This document shows, piece by piece, positions 51,112-61,089 of a stretch of DNA of 64,000 bases. Origin of the DNA: an uncultured Armatimonadetes bacterium (GTDB lineage Bacteria; Armatimonadota; Hebobacteria; Hebobacterales; Hebobacteraceae). A program made the position numbers and the translations under genes. How positions within the stretch are numbered: the first letter of the stretch is position 1; every line of letters starts with the position of its first letter. Where the stretch lies: positions 1,920,001 to 1,984,000 of the forward strand of contig OY970296.1 of NCBI GenBank assembly GCA_963716175.1, in the 5' to 3' direction. The notes below the pieces were generated by a model. It was not told where the DNA came from. It saw only the letters and a list, made by a program, of their open reading frames with translations, and did no database searches.

Positions 51112-53460
51112 TTACATCGGCAACTCGAACGCGCGCTGCACATATGCCGCCATCTGGTCCCGGGTCACTTGCGCGCTGGGCCGGTAGGTGCCGTCGTCGT
51201 AGCCCTGCACCACGTCGTTCTCCACGCAGGCCTCGACCGCGGTGCCGGCCCAGAACCCGGCCGGCACATCCGGGAACAACTCCGGCGCCGTGTCCATCGG
51301 CTCCCCCAGCTTCACCCACCCCAGGGCGCGGGCGATGAACACAGCCATCTGCCCCCGGTCCACCACCACCTCCGGCCGGTAGTGGGTGGAGTCGTAGCCG
51401 GCCACCACCTCGCGGCTCACCGCGTACTCGATGTACTCGTAGGCCCAGTGGGTGCTTGGCACATCGTCCGGGAACGAGACCTGAGCGGGGCTGGTAGGGA
51501 CATGCTCCTCCCCGCCGGCCAAGGCCCGCGAGATGTAGACTGCCATCTGGTCGCGGGTGACCGGGAGGTCGGGCTGATAGCTAGCATCCGGATAACCCCC
51601 GACGATGTGGGCAAGGGCGCAGGCTCCGATCTGATCGTAGGCCCAATGGTCAAACGGCAAGTCCGCGAACCAAGGGACCCGAAAGCGGACCATCTGACCG
51701 TTCTCGGTGTCCGTTACCCACACAGAGTCATCGTTCGGATTCACGCACACGGATCTCGGGCCAACAAGGTCCCCTCCTCGCCACAGTTCAGCGCCGCTTG
51801 CCGCCAGATGAACGAGTTGGCTGTTCTCCTTGTCGGCCACCCAGCAGGAACCATTTGTCCAGTTGGCCGAGAGTGCCACGAACCCGGTTGCCGCGTAGCC
51901 GCTTCCTCTCCACAGCTCGCTGCCGTCCGAGGCAAGATGCGCGATCCCGTTGGCGTCCACGATCCAGCAGGAGCCGTCGCTGGCGTTGACCGCAACGAAC
52001 CGGGCACCGGATCCCTGCCACAGGATCACGCCGTCGCGTGATAGGTGGACGAGTTCGCCGCCTGCCACCCAGCAGGAGCCGTCCACTGGGTTGACGGAGA
52101 CGGAGACGGGACTGCTGAAGCCGGCTCCTCGCCAGAGTTCCGTTCCGTCGGGAGCCAGGCGCACCACCTCGCTGGTTGACGCAATCGTCCAGCATGAGCC
52201 ATCGGTCGGATCCACGGCGAGGCGCGTTCCGGAGTATGGGACCGGAGGAGGGCCGCCTCGCCACAGCTCGTCACCATTCTGCGCCAGATGGACAATCTGG
52301 TGGTGCAGGTCATCAGCAACCCAGCAAGAGCCATCCGCCGGGTTCGCTGACACATCGTCTGGCTCGTAGAAGTCTCCTCCCCGCCAGAGTTCAGCCCCAT
52401 CCGCCGCGAGATGCACAACCTGGTCGTTGGAGGTATCGGCTACCCAGCACGAGCCATCCGTGGGGTTGACGGACACGGCCTCAGGCCAGTTGCAGCCGCT
52501 GCCCCGCCACAGTTCGGCCCCGTTCGCCGCAAGATGCACGATCTGGTTCTGGCCCACGTTGGCCATCCAGCAGGATCCGTCTTGCGGGTCTGAGGATACG
52601 GACACGGGGCCGAAACCCATTGCCTGCCACAGTTCCTCGCCGCTCTCGCTCAGGAGCAGAATCTGCCGGTGGTATTCGTCGCCGACCCAGCAGGACCCGT
52701 CGACCGGGTTCACTGCTACGCAGTAGGTCGGGGAGAGGCCGCCGCTCCACAGCTCGGCACCGTTTGCCGCTAGGTGCTTGATGTGGGCACCTCCGACCCA
52801 GCAAGATCCGTCCGTGGCGTTGACGCTGACGGAGGAGGCACGGCCATCTACTCGCCACAGCTGTGTCCCGTTGGCGTCCAGGTGTGTGATGCCAGTAGAA
52901 TCCCCAACCCAGCAAGAGCCATCGGCTGAGTTCACGCAGACCGACTTTGGTGCAGGGAATCCAGGGCCTCGCCACAACTGCGACCCGTTCGCAGCCAGGT
53001 GCACCACCTCGTCGCTGCCCCAGCTAGCCACCCAGCAGGAGCCGTCCGAGGGGTTTGCGGACACCGCCATGGGATAGGTGAAGCCCTCCCCTCGCCACAG
53101 CTCAGAACCATCTGCCGCCAGATGCACCACCTGATTGTGGTAGGTGTCAGCCACCCAACATGACCCATCCGTCGAGTTGGCCGAGACCGAGGTAGTAAAG
53201 GCCTCGCCATCCGGGCCGAGCCAGATGGCATTGCGGAACCCATTGGTCTGACTCAGGATCACACCGCTGTCGGCTAGATGCATCACGCTGTTCCCAGTGG
53301 CCGCCCAGCACGAGCCATCCGTGCGGTCCAGCGACACTGCGAGAGGGGTTCCGAACGGGCTGCGCCAGGCCTCGATGACTTCTTCGGCTGGTGCAGGACA
53401 GGCCGCAAGGCAGAGGATGAAGCAGAGTGTAAGGCCGAGCAGCAGGCGACGCGTTCTCAT
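51112..53460 (-). CDS. Secreted NHL-like repeat beta-propeller with three SLH domains
   Basis: About 14 repeats of VSVNPxDGSCWVAD...HLAAxGxELW; SLH tail. Confidence 0.88.
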   Translation of the reverse strand: MRTRRLLLGLTLCFILCLAACPAPAEEVIEAWRSPFGTPLAVSLDRTDGSCWAATGNSVMHLADSGVILSQTNGFRNAIWLGPDGEAFTTSVSANSTDGSCWVADTYHNQVVHLAADGSELWRGEGFTYPMAVSANPSDGSCWVASWGSDEVVHLAANGSQLWRGPGFPAPKSVCVNSADGSCWVGDSTGITHLDANGTQLWRVDGRASSVSVNATDGSCWVGGAHIKHLAANGAELWSGGLSPTYCVAVNPVDGSCWVGDEYHRQILLLSESGEELWQAMGFGPVSVSSDPQDGSCWMANVGQNQIVHLAANGAELWRGSGCNWPEAVSVNPTDGSCWVADTSNDQVVHLAADGAELWRGGDFYEPDDVSANPADGSCWVADDLHHQIVHLAQNGDELWRGGPPPVPYSGTRLAVDPTDGSCWTIASTSEVVRLAPDGTELWRGAGFSSPVSVSVNPVDGSCWVAGGELVHLSRDGVILWQGSGARFVAVNASDGSCWIVDANGIAHLASDGSELWRGSGYAATGFVALSANWTNGSCWVADKENSQLVHLAASGAELWRGGDLVGPRSVCVNPNDDSVWVTDTENGQMVRFRVPWFADLPFDHWAYDQIGACALAHIVGGYPDASYQPDLPVTRDQMAVYISRALAGGEEHVPTSPAQVSFPDDVPSTHWAYEYIEYAVSREVVAGYDSTHYRPEVVVDRGQMAVFIARALGWVKLGEPMDTAPELFPDVPAGFWAGTAVEACVENDVVQGYDDGTYRPSAQVTRDQMAAYVQRAFELPM

Positions 53461-53970
53461 CCGACCCGCCTCTGACGTCAGAGTCCGCGCAGGGCGCGGT
53501 ACTGCTGGAGAGGAACCGAACTGCTGATGCCCCATACCACGCGGCACTCAGTTCGCCTGCTGCTAGTGCCTGAGATGGCACCCAGGAACGACCTCACAAC
53601 CCAGAGGGGACAGTGTCTGGCTGTCACACGGGCTTGAGGCATCCGCTTCGCGGCACATGTCAGCCCTCTGCACCTGAGAGCAGGAGTGAAGGACCGCGCC
53701 GACGCTGAGAACAGATCAGGAACTCGGGCCTGTCGGGATCGTGGTTAGCAGAGCGATGGATGAAGACGCGGGGTGGACCCGGGCCCCACGCCGTGAGATG
53801 ACCACGGGCGCCCTTGCAGGAGAGTCAGGCTACTAGCCGGTAGGCGGTGATACCGGTGTCGGCAGCGACGCGTCGCTCGAGATGGCGTGCGAGAGTGTTG
53901 GCTGGCTTCTCAGGTTCAGTCCGCTCTTCGACGTGACGAAGGCCCCGGGCACCCCCCGACTCCGGCTCCC

Positions 53971-55263
53971 TGTGCGGACCGGTTACATGGGTAACGGATG
54001 TGCCGAGTACATAGGTAACACTTCTACTCCGCCTTCGGGCACTCCCCTAGTGTCAGGCGTTTGATCACCTGATGGCAGAAGAGCACCTCCACCAGGCCGT
54101 CGATATCAGTGGCGCGCACGGCCACCGGCTGACCGCGGAAGGCCTTGGAAACGGGCAGCAGACGCCCCCCGAAGTGCACCTCGCCCCCACGCTGCACCTT
54201 GCGCACCGGCAGCCCCGGCGGGTACTGGATCGGCTCCAGCTGCGCGGGGTAGGCGCGCAGGCTGGGCTGGTAGCGACTTGCCGGCACCTCCAGCGCGAGC
54301 GCCTCGTGAGGGCGCAGGAAGTTATATTGCTCCCGCCACGGATCCAGGTGCGCCTGCAGGTGCTCCCCGTCTCGCCACTGGTGCCGCGCCAGCAGCTCTC
54401 GCTGCAAGCTGCCATGGAAGCGTTCATCCTTGCCCACGGTCTGGGGATGGTAGGGCCGAGAGTGAGTCACGTATATCCCCAGCCGCATCAGCCACACCGC
54501 CAGCGCCCCATATGCGTCCGCGGCCAGATCTCCCCAGGGACCTCCATTGTCCGACAGCATCGCCTCCGGCACCCCATAGTGCCGGAAAGCGGCCACTAGC
54601 GCCGCCTGCACGGAGCACCCGTCCTGCTTGGGCAGCGCCTGCAGAGAGAGGGCAAAGCGAGAATGATCGTCCAGCACGCTCAGCACGTGCTGGGGACCCG
54701 TCTGCGTCGCTACCGGCGCCTTGAAGTCCATCTGCCAGAGGTCGTTGGGCAGTGGGCGCTCGAAACGCACCCAGGGGCGCTGACCCGCAGGCGAGTCCGC
54801 ACCGATGAGCGCGTGCCGATGCAGGGTCGCGGTAATGGAGCTGGTGGCTGGCACGGGGTGGAGGCCCTGGTTGCGGAGCAGCCGGCGAAGCTTGCGGGCT
54901 CCCCAGCACGGGTGCGCCTGGCGGAGCGCCACGATTGCCTGCTGGGTGGCTGCCGGCAGTTGCGGGCGCCTCCGGTGGGGCCGGCGGGAGTGATCCCGCA
55001 AGCCCACTTCCCCGGCCTCAGCAAAGCGATAACACCATTTGTAGCCGATCCTGGGGCTGATGCCGAAGCGGCGGCACAGATCCCGAAACGGCACCCTCCC
55101 CTGCTGGGCGAACATCACAAACTCCCGTCGCTGCTGCTCCACGGTAACTGGCTCCCAGGGCATGGCCCCTCTCCTCTAGGAAGAGATGCATGCCTCTATA
55201 GTAACCGCTTGCCCGTTACCTATGTATCCGGTACGAGTGTTACCTATCTATCCAGTCTGTACA
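53971..55263 (-). mobile_element. IS481-family insertion sequence, copy 2 (1293 bp, TSD CTCCC)
   Basis: Same ends, length and translation as copy 1. Confidence 0.95.
54024..55163 (-). CDS. IS481-family DDE transposase
   Basis: Same 379-aa protein as 14846..15985. Confidence 0.95.
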   Translation of the reverse strand: MPWEPVTVEQQRREFVMFAQQGRVPFRDLCRRFGISPRIGYKWCYRFAEAGEVGLRDHSRRPHRRRPQLPAATQQAIVALRQAHPCWGARKLRRLLRNQGLHPVPATSSITATLHRHALIGADSPAGQRPWVRFERPLPNDLWQMDFKAPVATQTGPQHVLSVLDDHSRFALSLQALPKQDGCSVQAALVAAFRHYGVPEAMLSDNGGPWGDLAADAYGALAVWLMRLGIYVTHSRPYHPQTVGKDERFHGSLQRELLARHQWRDGEHLQAHLDPWREQYNFLRPHEALALEVPASRYQPSLRAYPAQLEPIQYPPGLPVRKVQRGGEVHFGGRLLPVSKAFRGQPVAVRATDIDGLVEVLFCHQVIKRLTLGECPKAE

Positions 55264-55621
55264 CTCCCCCCTCGGCCGGGAGTCACTGGGCGGGGTCCCG
55301 TCGCGTGTGGGTGGGCGGGCTGCGCGCATCTGGTGGTTCCAGCCTCCAGCCAGATCGAGTGCCCACGATAGACGGGGGGATGCCGTCAGGGCGAGGCTGG
55401 GGCGGCTCTAAGGCGAGGTGACCCCTACAGCTGGGCGCAGGCGGAGAGCATGCTGATCTCATCCTGGGTCTCTACGCCCAGGGGCGCGGCAGCGGCGCCG
55501 AGTCACAGGTGGGATCGTCTCGCCGTTCGGCCGTTCGGCTGTAGTTGACGCCCTCCCCGCGGCCTGTTAGCATCCACGTCGCAGTTGCTCTCTCCACTGC
55601 CAAGGGGGAAGGAGGGGTGCC

Positions 55622-56335
55622 ATGCGTACAACGCTGCTTATCGTTTTCCTCGCGATGGTCGTCTGCGTCTGTGGCTGTGTTTTCGTCGTCAACTCTGTGC
55701 AGCCGTTCTACACCGAGAGGGACGTCGTCTTCGAGCCAGCGCTGATCGGGTCGTGGGAGCAACAGCCGGAGAAGGGCGAGCAGGCGGCCGAGAAGTCCCC
55801 CGTTATCTGGACGTTCAAGAAGAGCGAGGAGGCGGCGGAGAACGATGCCGCCAGCTATGAACTGAAGATGAGCCAGGGGGATCGCTGGGCGACATTCAGC
55901 GTGCACCTCGCCAAGCTGGGAGAGGATCGCTTCCTCGACCTCTACCCCGAGGACATCTGCCCGCAGGCGCTCGGCGAGAAGCCCGGAGACACTACCACCG
56001 ACGGTGATGGCTCGGAGGGCGGTTTCGTGCTCCTCTCCTTCTTCCTCCACTTTGCGCCCACTCACACCGTCTCGCGGATCCACCTTTCGGGCGACGAGCT
56101 GAAGATCGCGCAGTTGAATGCGGACTGGCTGGCTGAGAAGGCCGGGGAGAAGCCGCTGAATCTTCCGCACGTGGACAGAGAGGGCGCGCTGATACTGACC
56201 GCCTCGCCGGAGCAGCTCCGCGCGTTTCTGCTGGAGCACGCGAGCGAGGATAGAGCGTTCAAGGCGCCAGTGGTGCTGAAGCGGCAGAAGCCGGGGGCTT
56301 CCGGGCAGACGAAGGGACGCGAGAGCACGAAGTAG
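55622..56335 (+). CDS. Hypothetical lipoprotein
   Basis: GGAGG RBS; lipobox-like VCGC; SVQPFYT...ALIGSW; LILTASPEQLRAFL. Confidence 0.7.
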   Translation: MRTTLLIVFLAMVVCVCGCVFVVNSVQPFYTERDVVFEPALIGSWEQQPEKGEQAAEKSPVIWTFKKSEEAAENDAASYELKMSQGDRWATFSVHLAKLGEDRFLDLYPEDICPQALGEKPGDTTTDGDGSEGGFVLLSFFLHFAPTHTVSRIHLSGDELKIAQLNADWLAEKAGEKPLNLPHVDREGALILTASPEQLRAFLLEHASEDRAFKAPVVLKRQKPGASGQTKGRESTK

Positions 56336-56380
56336 CGCGCACGCGTGAGTCAGCCACCGGCCGGCGCCACGCTCGTGCGT

Positions 56381-56541
56381 ACGGCCCCGGTCACCCCCGA
56401 CTCCGGCTATCCCCTCGGCGTGGAGTCACGGCCCGGGGCTCAGTCGCGGGTCGTCGTGCGACGGCGCTTCCCTGACACGCGGGTCACAGCCTTCCGGTTG
56501 GCGGCATGATATCAGGCCGGCTCCATGGGTGGCTGACAGGG
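56381..56541 (+). repeat. Array repeat R16 (full length)
   Basis: Core plus distal arm; close to R7. Confidence 0.9.
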
Positions 56542-56676
56542 ACAGGGTGCCCGGCACCGCCGGTGGAACGGTGGTGGGTGTGAAGGTGGGACGGAACGGA
56601 GCTGTGGCGTGGCGGCGAGTTCGTGGAGCCGAACGCAGGTAGGCGCTGGCCTACCCGTCAGCAGCGAAGCCCGGGG

Positions 56677-58356
56677 TCACCTGTCGGTAGCAGCTTTCCC
56701 ATCTCCCCACGCCTTTTCCGCCCATACATCCATAGCGCCGTACTTGTTGTGCCAGGTGGTGTACATGGCGCCGATTATGCCCGGCACGTTCTTCGTGGCT
56801 TCTCTCCACTTGGCGATGGTCGAACCGTCCTCATCGCCGTCATAGTAGCCCGAGAGGATCTGCCGCAACCCCAGCTTCGCGAAGAACGGCGAGTTCTTCC
56901 CCATCAACTCGCCGTACCAGTTGACCAGGACGACGTCCTTATCCAGCCCTTTCCAGGAGCCCTCGAGGCTGCCGTTCACGAGATAGTAGCCGCTCTTCTT
57001 GGCATTGTGCATGGGGTCGAACATGTCGCTCCAGACGTAGATCTCGGCATCCGCACGAGCTTTGCGGATGATCGCCGCCGCCTTATGCACGTTGTCCGCC
57101 AGGAGCTCGCCCGGCGTCATGTGCCGGCTCTGGCAGAGGGCGCATTGGTCTGCCACGCGCAGTTCGTCATGCTGCATGAAGAAGCCCTTCGGATGGAGCA
57201 ACCCCTCGGCCTCGCGCACCTGCTGCTCCCATTCGTCGAAGATGGCGGGTTCGCTCAGGCAACTCGTCAGCCGGTCGTCGTAGATGATCGCCGGGTGGTA
57301 GTAGCTCACCCGCAGCCGCTCGCCCCGCCGGATGCGAGTACCGGGGGTGAGCTTGATGGTGGGCATCTCGTGCGAAGGCTCGGAGATCATCAGCTTGGGG
57401 TCCACGAGCTTCTCGAAGTCCTTGCCCTCGGTGTAGGTGGTGCCGTTCTCGCCTCGCACCGTGACAGGGCAGCCCGGCCGGCGCACGACGTTGACAAGGC
57501 CCATCTCCTCGACACGCAGGTCATCGAGCCAGAGGCGTCCGCCTCCTTGTCCCCACTGGACGCCCACGGAGATGAGGGCCTCGCCGCTTCCGAGGCTGTT
57601 GAAGGCAATGGTATGCTGTGTCCAGTCCTCGGTCTCTTTGATGCCGGTGTTCTCGTAGCAGAGGCGGGTGTCGGAGTCGGGATCGATGACGGCGATACCA
57701 GTGCCCTGCCGGTTGGCGCGGATGCCCTCACTCTTCGCCCAGATCGAGGCGCGGTACTGGCGGTGCGCCTGTAGGCGCACGGGCTGGAGGAGGACGCAGT
57801 GGCCCCCGTTGGGCTCGATGCGCACTGATGTCTTGCCGCCGTGCACCACCTCGTGATCGGCGAAGAGCGGAGTGCCCGAGCTGCTCTCCAGCTCCCAGCC
57901 GCGGAACTGGTTTCCGGTGACGTCCTCGAAGCCGGCGTTCGTGACGAGCGTCGGGTTATCGGGCTGGAAGGAAGCGACGCCGTCCCCGGCGACGAAGAGC
58001 GAGTCCCTAACGGGCAGGCCCTCGGTCATGTTGGGGTCGCGGGACCCGTCCATGACGCAGGGATAGAGGTCGAGGTGATACTGCTCGGCGGCCTGGCGGA
58101 GCGCCATCGCCTGCTCTGCCGACATGCCCCCGACGGGAAAGACGATGCCGTTGTAGCCGTCCCGCTGGGCCTGAGGGAAGCGAGCGATCTCGGCGGGGCC
58201 CATGGAGGTCCAGAAGAAGAGCCAGCGCTTCTCCATGCGCGGGCTCTGCAGCTCTGTCCCAGGCTCCGGCCGCGCCGCGGCCAGGGCGAGACCCGCGCAG
58301 AGCAGCAAGAGGACCGTGACGGCAGCACCGAAACGCGGCGCTTGCGGTAGCATCAT
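56677..58356 (-). CDS. Secreted CBM4-containing GH20-like hydrolase
   Basis: Signal peptide; TNAGFE CBM; FMQHDE, WSDMFDP, MYTTW. Confidence 0.7.
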   Translation of the reverse strand: MMLPQAPRFGAAVTVLLLLCAGLALAAARPEPGTELQSPRMEKRWLFFWTSMGPAEIARFPQAQRDGYNGIVFPVGGMSAEQAMALRQAAEQYHLDLYPCVMDGSRDPNMTEGLPVRDSLFVAGDGVASFQPDNPTLVTNAGFEDVTGNQFRGWELESSSGTPLFADHEVVHGGKTSVRIEPNGGHCVLLQPVRLQAHRQYRASIWAKSEGIRANRQGTGIAVIDPDSDTRLCYENTGIKETEDWTQHTIAFNSLGSGEALISVGVQWGQGGGRLWLDDLRVEEMGLVNVVRRPGCPVTVRGENGTTYTEGKDFEKLVDPKLMISEPSHEMPTIKLTPGTRIRRGERLRVSYYHPAIIYDDRLTSCLSEPAIFDEWEQQVREAEGLLHPKGFFMQHDELRVADQCALCQSRHMTPGELLADNVHKAAAIIRKARADAEIYVWSDMFDPMHNAKKSGYYLVNGSLEGSWKGLDKDVVLVNWYGELMGKNSPFFAKLGLRQILSGYYDGDEDGSTIAKWREATKNVPGIIGAMYTTWHNKYGAMDVWAEKAWGDGKAATDR

Positions 58357-58424
58357 AGCACCCTTCCCGGACGGGCTAGTAGCGTCTTGCCTTCGGCAAG
58401 GTGGGCAGGCGACCCTTTGTGCTT

Positions 58425-58510
58425 GCCAACCGCCCGTGAAGCCGGCCTGAGGCCACCCCCGACTCCGGCTACCGCCCCGGCTTGGAGTCACTGGCCGGGG
58501 TTTCGTCGCG
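58425..58510 (+). repeat. Array repeat R17 (inverted left arm + core)
   Basis: GCCAACCGCCCGTGAAGCCGGCCTGAG + core. Confidence 0.9.
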
Positions 58511-58620
58511 CATATGGGAGCTGGGTCGGCTTGCCGTACCGGCCTACGGCCCTTGGAGGTCCCTCAACGGCGGCAGGGATAGAGTCCACCCCGGCGAACA
58601 GCCCCGCAAGTCGGCACGGT

Positions 58621-58741
58621 GACCGTTCGCTGCGAACGCTACCGATGGCTGAGGGGAGAGTGGGAAGATACAAGAGCGGGAATGCCGGAGGTGTAGCTAA
58701 GCCAAGAGCCCTTTATGCCCCAAGACCGCTGACGATTCACA
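58621..58741 (+). mobile_element. Right-end remnant of an IS3 relative
   Basis: Similar to 41960-42081 (ATACAAGAGCGGGAA..CCGGAGGTGTAGCTAA...CGCTGACG..ACA). Confidence 0.75.
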
Positions 58742-58859
58742 GCATCACCTACGTGAGCAAGGAAGCTTACGGCCCCCAAGAGGATCAACACCTGGAGTTC
58801 GGGCATTCGCTGGAGCAGTTCGCTGATGCCTGACGTCGCGGTGCAGGAGGTGCAGCGGG

Positions 58860-59936
58860 ATGCGTGACTTCCACATCGGTCGTCTTGCTGCCGTGATCTG
58901 GCTGGCATATCTGTGCGCTGCTGGCGCTCGATGCTCGTCGGCAGACATGAGCTCTCTCCTGGGCATCGGCGGCACATATCAGCCGATGAGCGGTGAATCC
59001 CCAGTCCGCCTTCTTCGCGAGTTCATCCGGATCGAGTTCTCCCCTCGCCTGGCGCGCACGGTCGTCCAGTTCGAGTTCCGCAACGAAGGTCGGCCCCAGA
59101 CGGTCGTCATGGGCTTCCCGGAGCAGGTCATGTATGAACGCGGGAGGTACCAGCGCTTCCGGGCCGAGGCTGACGGATGGCCACTGGCCGCCAGGCCAAC
59201 GCCATGGGTGGCGGAATCATCCGAGCAGCGTTGGGCGCGATGGTGGGTGAGCAAGGTGCACTTCGCCCGCGGGGAGCGCCGCATCATACGAGTACGTTAC
59301 CAGGAACCCCCTGGCATAGACGAGACGGACTGCTACGTGTACCGCTACCTGTTCGGGACCGGGCGCTCCTGGAAGGGAAGCATCGGCAGCGTGCAGGTGC
59401 TGATGATCCTGAAGGTTTTCCCCCTGGATGCCACGGTCACGGCCTACTTGCGGGGCGCGACACGTCATGGTGATCGGATTGCGTGGCAGTTCCAAGACTG
59501 GGAGCCAGACGAGGACGTCGCTCTTGACGTGGCGGTGTCGCCCTACATCACGGACATCGTTTTCGACGGCCACTACCCGAGCCTGTCGATGGAGAAGGAG
59601 CTAAACTTACGGCACGGCCATCTCGCTGGGCATCTCCGCAGCATCGCGGACTGGGCGGAGGGGAGTCTGGCGTGGTCTCGCGGTGAGCGGACCGGCTTCA
59701 TTCATCGGAGGGCTAAGACCCTTGCTCTGACGGTCGACTCAACCCAGGCGTTGCTACTCCCTGAGAAGAGGGAGATCCGGCTTCCGTTCGCTGCCTATAT
59801 TGAGCATGGTTTGCTCCGCGTGCCCGTTCGCGCGGTCTGGGAAGCGCTCGGCTTTTGCGTGGATATGAAGAAGGACGCGATCGGCAACTGGTCCGTGCGT
59901 GTTTGCGATCCACAGAAGCACGGGGCGGCTTTGTGA
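58860..59936 (+). CDS. DUF4424-like protein with copper-amine-oxidase-N-like C-terminal domain
   Basis: FRNEG...MGFPE, YLFGTGRSWKGSI; VPVRAVWEALG. Confidence 0.7.
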   Translation: MRDFHIGRLAAVIWLAYLCAAGARCSSADMSSLLGIGGTYQPMSGESPVRLLREFIRIEFSPRLARTVVQFEFRNEGRPQTVVMGFPEQVMYERGRYQRFRAEADGWPLAARPTPWVAESSEQRWARWWVSKVHFARGERRIIRVRYQEPPGIDETDCYVYRYLFGTGRSWKGSIGSVQVLMILKVFPLDATVTAYLRGATRHGDRIAWQFQDWEPDEDVALDVAVSPYITDIVFDGHYPSLSMEKELNLRHGHLAGHLRSIADWAEGSLAWSRGERTGFIHRRAKTLALTVDSTQALLLPEKREIRLPFAAYIEHGLLRVPVRAVWEALGFCVDMKKDAIGNWSVRVCDPQKHGAAL

Positions 59937-59982
59937 GCCGGGGTATGCACTCCCGCCCAATCGTCGGCTGACCAGCCTCGCT

Positions 59983-60035
59983 CCCCGCCACCCCCGACTC
60001 CGGCTACCCCTCGGCTGGGAGTGAGTGACCGGGCC
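59983..60035 (+). repeat. Array repeat R18 (short)
   Basis: CACCCCCGACTCCGGCTACCCCTCGGCTGGGAGTGA. Confidence 0.85.
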
Positions 60036-60164
60036 GAAACGCGCTATGCGACGATACGTCCCAGGAAGACGAGACTGAGACCTGGGACCATCCCCCTATC
60101 GGTCCTGACGGCCATTGCGGTATGCTGATCAGGCATGCAGACAGTGCGCAAGGAGGTAGAACCG

Positions 60165-61034
60165 ATGAACGTGTGGCGTCAGCTTGCATTCGCGGTGAGC
60201 ATGTTGTTGGTCTGCGCATTGGGGGCCGCCACTGCTGCTCGCGCTCAAGACGCTTCCTCCATGATTCTGGCCGGCATCATGGAGGTGATAGACCAGGAGC
60301 TCTCCATGCCTTCACTCGGGGGCCCGACTGGGGTTGTGAGCCTACCGAACGCAATCACCATGCCTGCAGATGGGTGGCAGGCGGCCCTCAGCTACCAGGG
60401 GATGCGAGCATCATCCTGGGGCATGTACCAGGCTCCCGATGATCTCGGAGTGTGGTCTCTCCAGGCGGCGCATAGAGTGAACGACACGTCCGAGCTGTGG
60501 GCAAGTTACTCCTCTGCAACCGATCACGTGGGTTCCCGCACGTGGGGACTCGGCGGCAAGAAGATGTTCACGCATTTCCAGGGGGAAGGACCCTTCGTGG
60601 CCGTAGGCGCCAGCCACCACAAGTGGGGTGATGCCTTCGGCGAAGGATGGTCAGCAGATGATCCGGCCCGGCCTGACGCGAATGTGACCAAGGCCTACGC
60701 GGTGGTGACAGGATCTCTGGCACACGAGGGCTGGGCCTCTGGGTTGTTAGGGACCGGGGGCCTCATGGGCCTCGGCTTCGATCCCAATCGCGGCCGTAGC
60801 CGGAGCCTGATGCGACCATTCGTCGCTCTGCAGTTCGTCGGCTGGGGTACCGTGCTGGGCCTCGACTACCGCTGGCCGGACGCTCCCCTGGATGCAGAGC
60901 CGGTTCTCTCCGCAGCCATTCGTCAAGTGTTGTCGCATGAGCTTACGGTCGAACTGGGCACTACCAACGCCAGCCCCGTCGGTACCGGACTTTCAGCTCA
61001 ACGGCTGTTCCTGCGGCTAAGCCATACACTCTAG
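60165..61034 (+). CDS. Exported beta-barrel-like hypothetical protein
   Basis: AAGGAGG RBS; signal peptide; GGPTGVVSLPNA. Confidence 0.6.
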   Translation: MNVWRQLAFAVSMLLVCALGAATAARAQDASSMILAGIMEVIDQELSMPSLGGPTGVVSLPNAITMPADGWQAALSYQGMRASSWGMYQAPDDLGVWSLQAAHRVNDTSELWASYSSATDHVGSRTWGLGGKKMFTHFQGEGPFVAVGASHHKWGDAFGEGWSADDPARPDANVTKAYAVVTGSLAHEGWASGLLGTGGLMGLGFDPNRGRSRSLMRPFVALQFVGWGTVLGLDYRWPDAPLDAEPVLSAAIRQVLSHELTVELGTTNASPVGTGLSAQRLFLRLSHTL

Positions 61035-61089
61035 AGACGGCATCGCCGGGGCGTCGTCTGTTGCTCCCCGGCGTAGGTAACGGGGTGCC

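Larger units (their letters stand above)
53938..55298 (+). repeat. Array repeat R15, split by IS481
   Basis: GACTCCGG-CTCCC [IS] CTCCC-CCCTCGGCCGGGAGTCA. Confidence 0.9.

Noticed and set aside
3829-51319. Long antisense or alternate-frame ORFs (e.g. 3829-5484, 21505-23073, 34488-36182, 49601-51319)
   Set aside because: Shadow ORFs of real genes in high-GC DNA, rich in Arg/Pro/Gly and without motifs.
53560-53700. CTCTCAGG motif suggesting a glycine riboswitch
   Set aside because: Remaining aptamer elements were not recognisable.
14793-55263. 40-kb composite transposon bounded by the two IS481 copies
   Set aside because: Each copy has its own TSD inside its own complete repeat, indicating independent insertions.
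7003-60035. CRISPR array interpretation of the co-oriented repeats
   Set aside because: Intervals are 0.8-10 kb and contain whole genes, repeats are divergent, and no cas genes are present.
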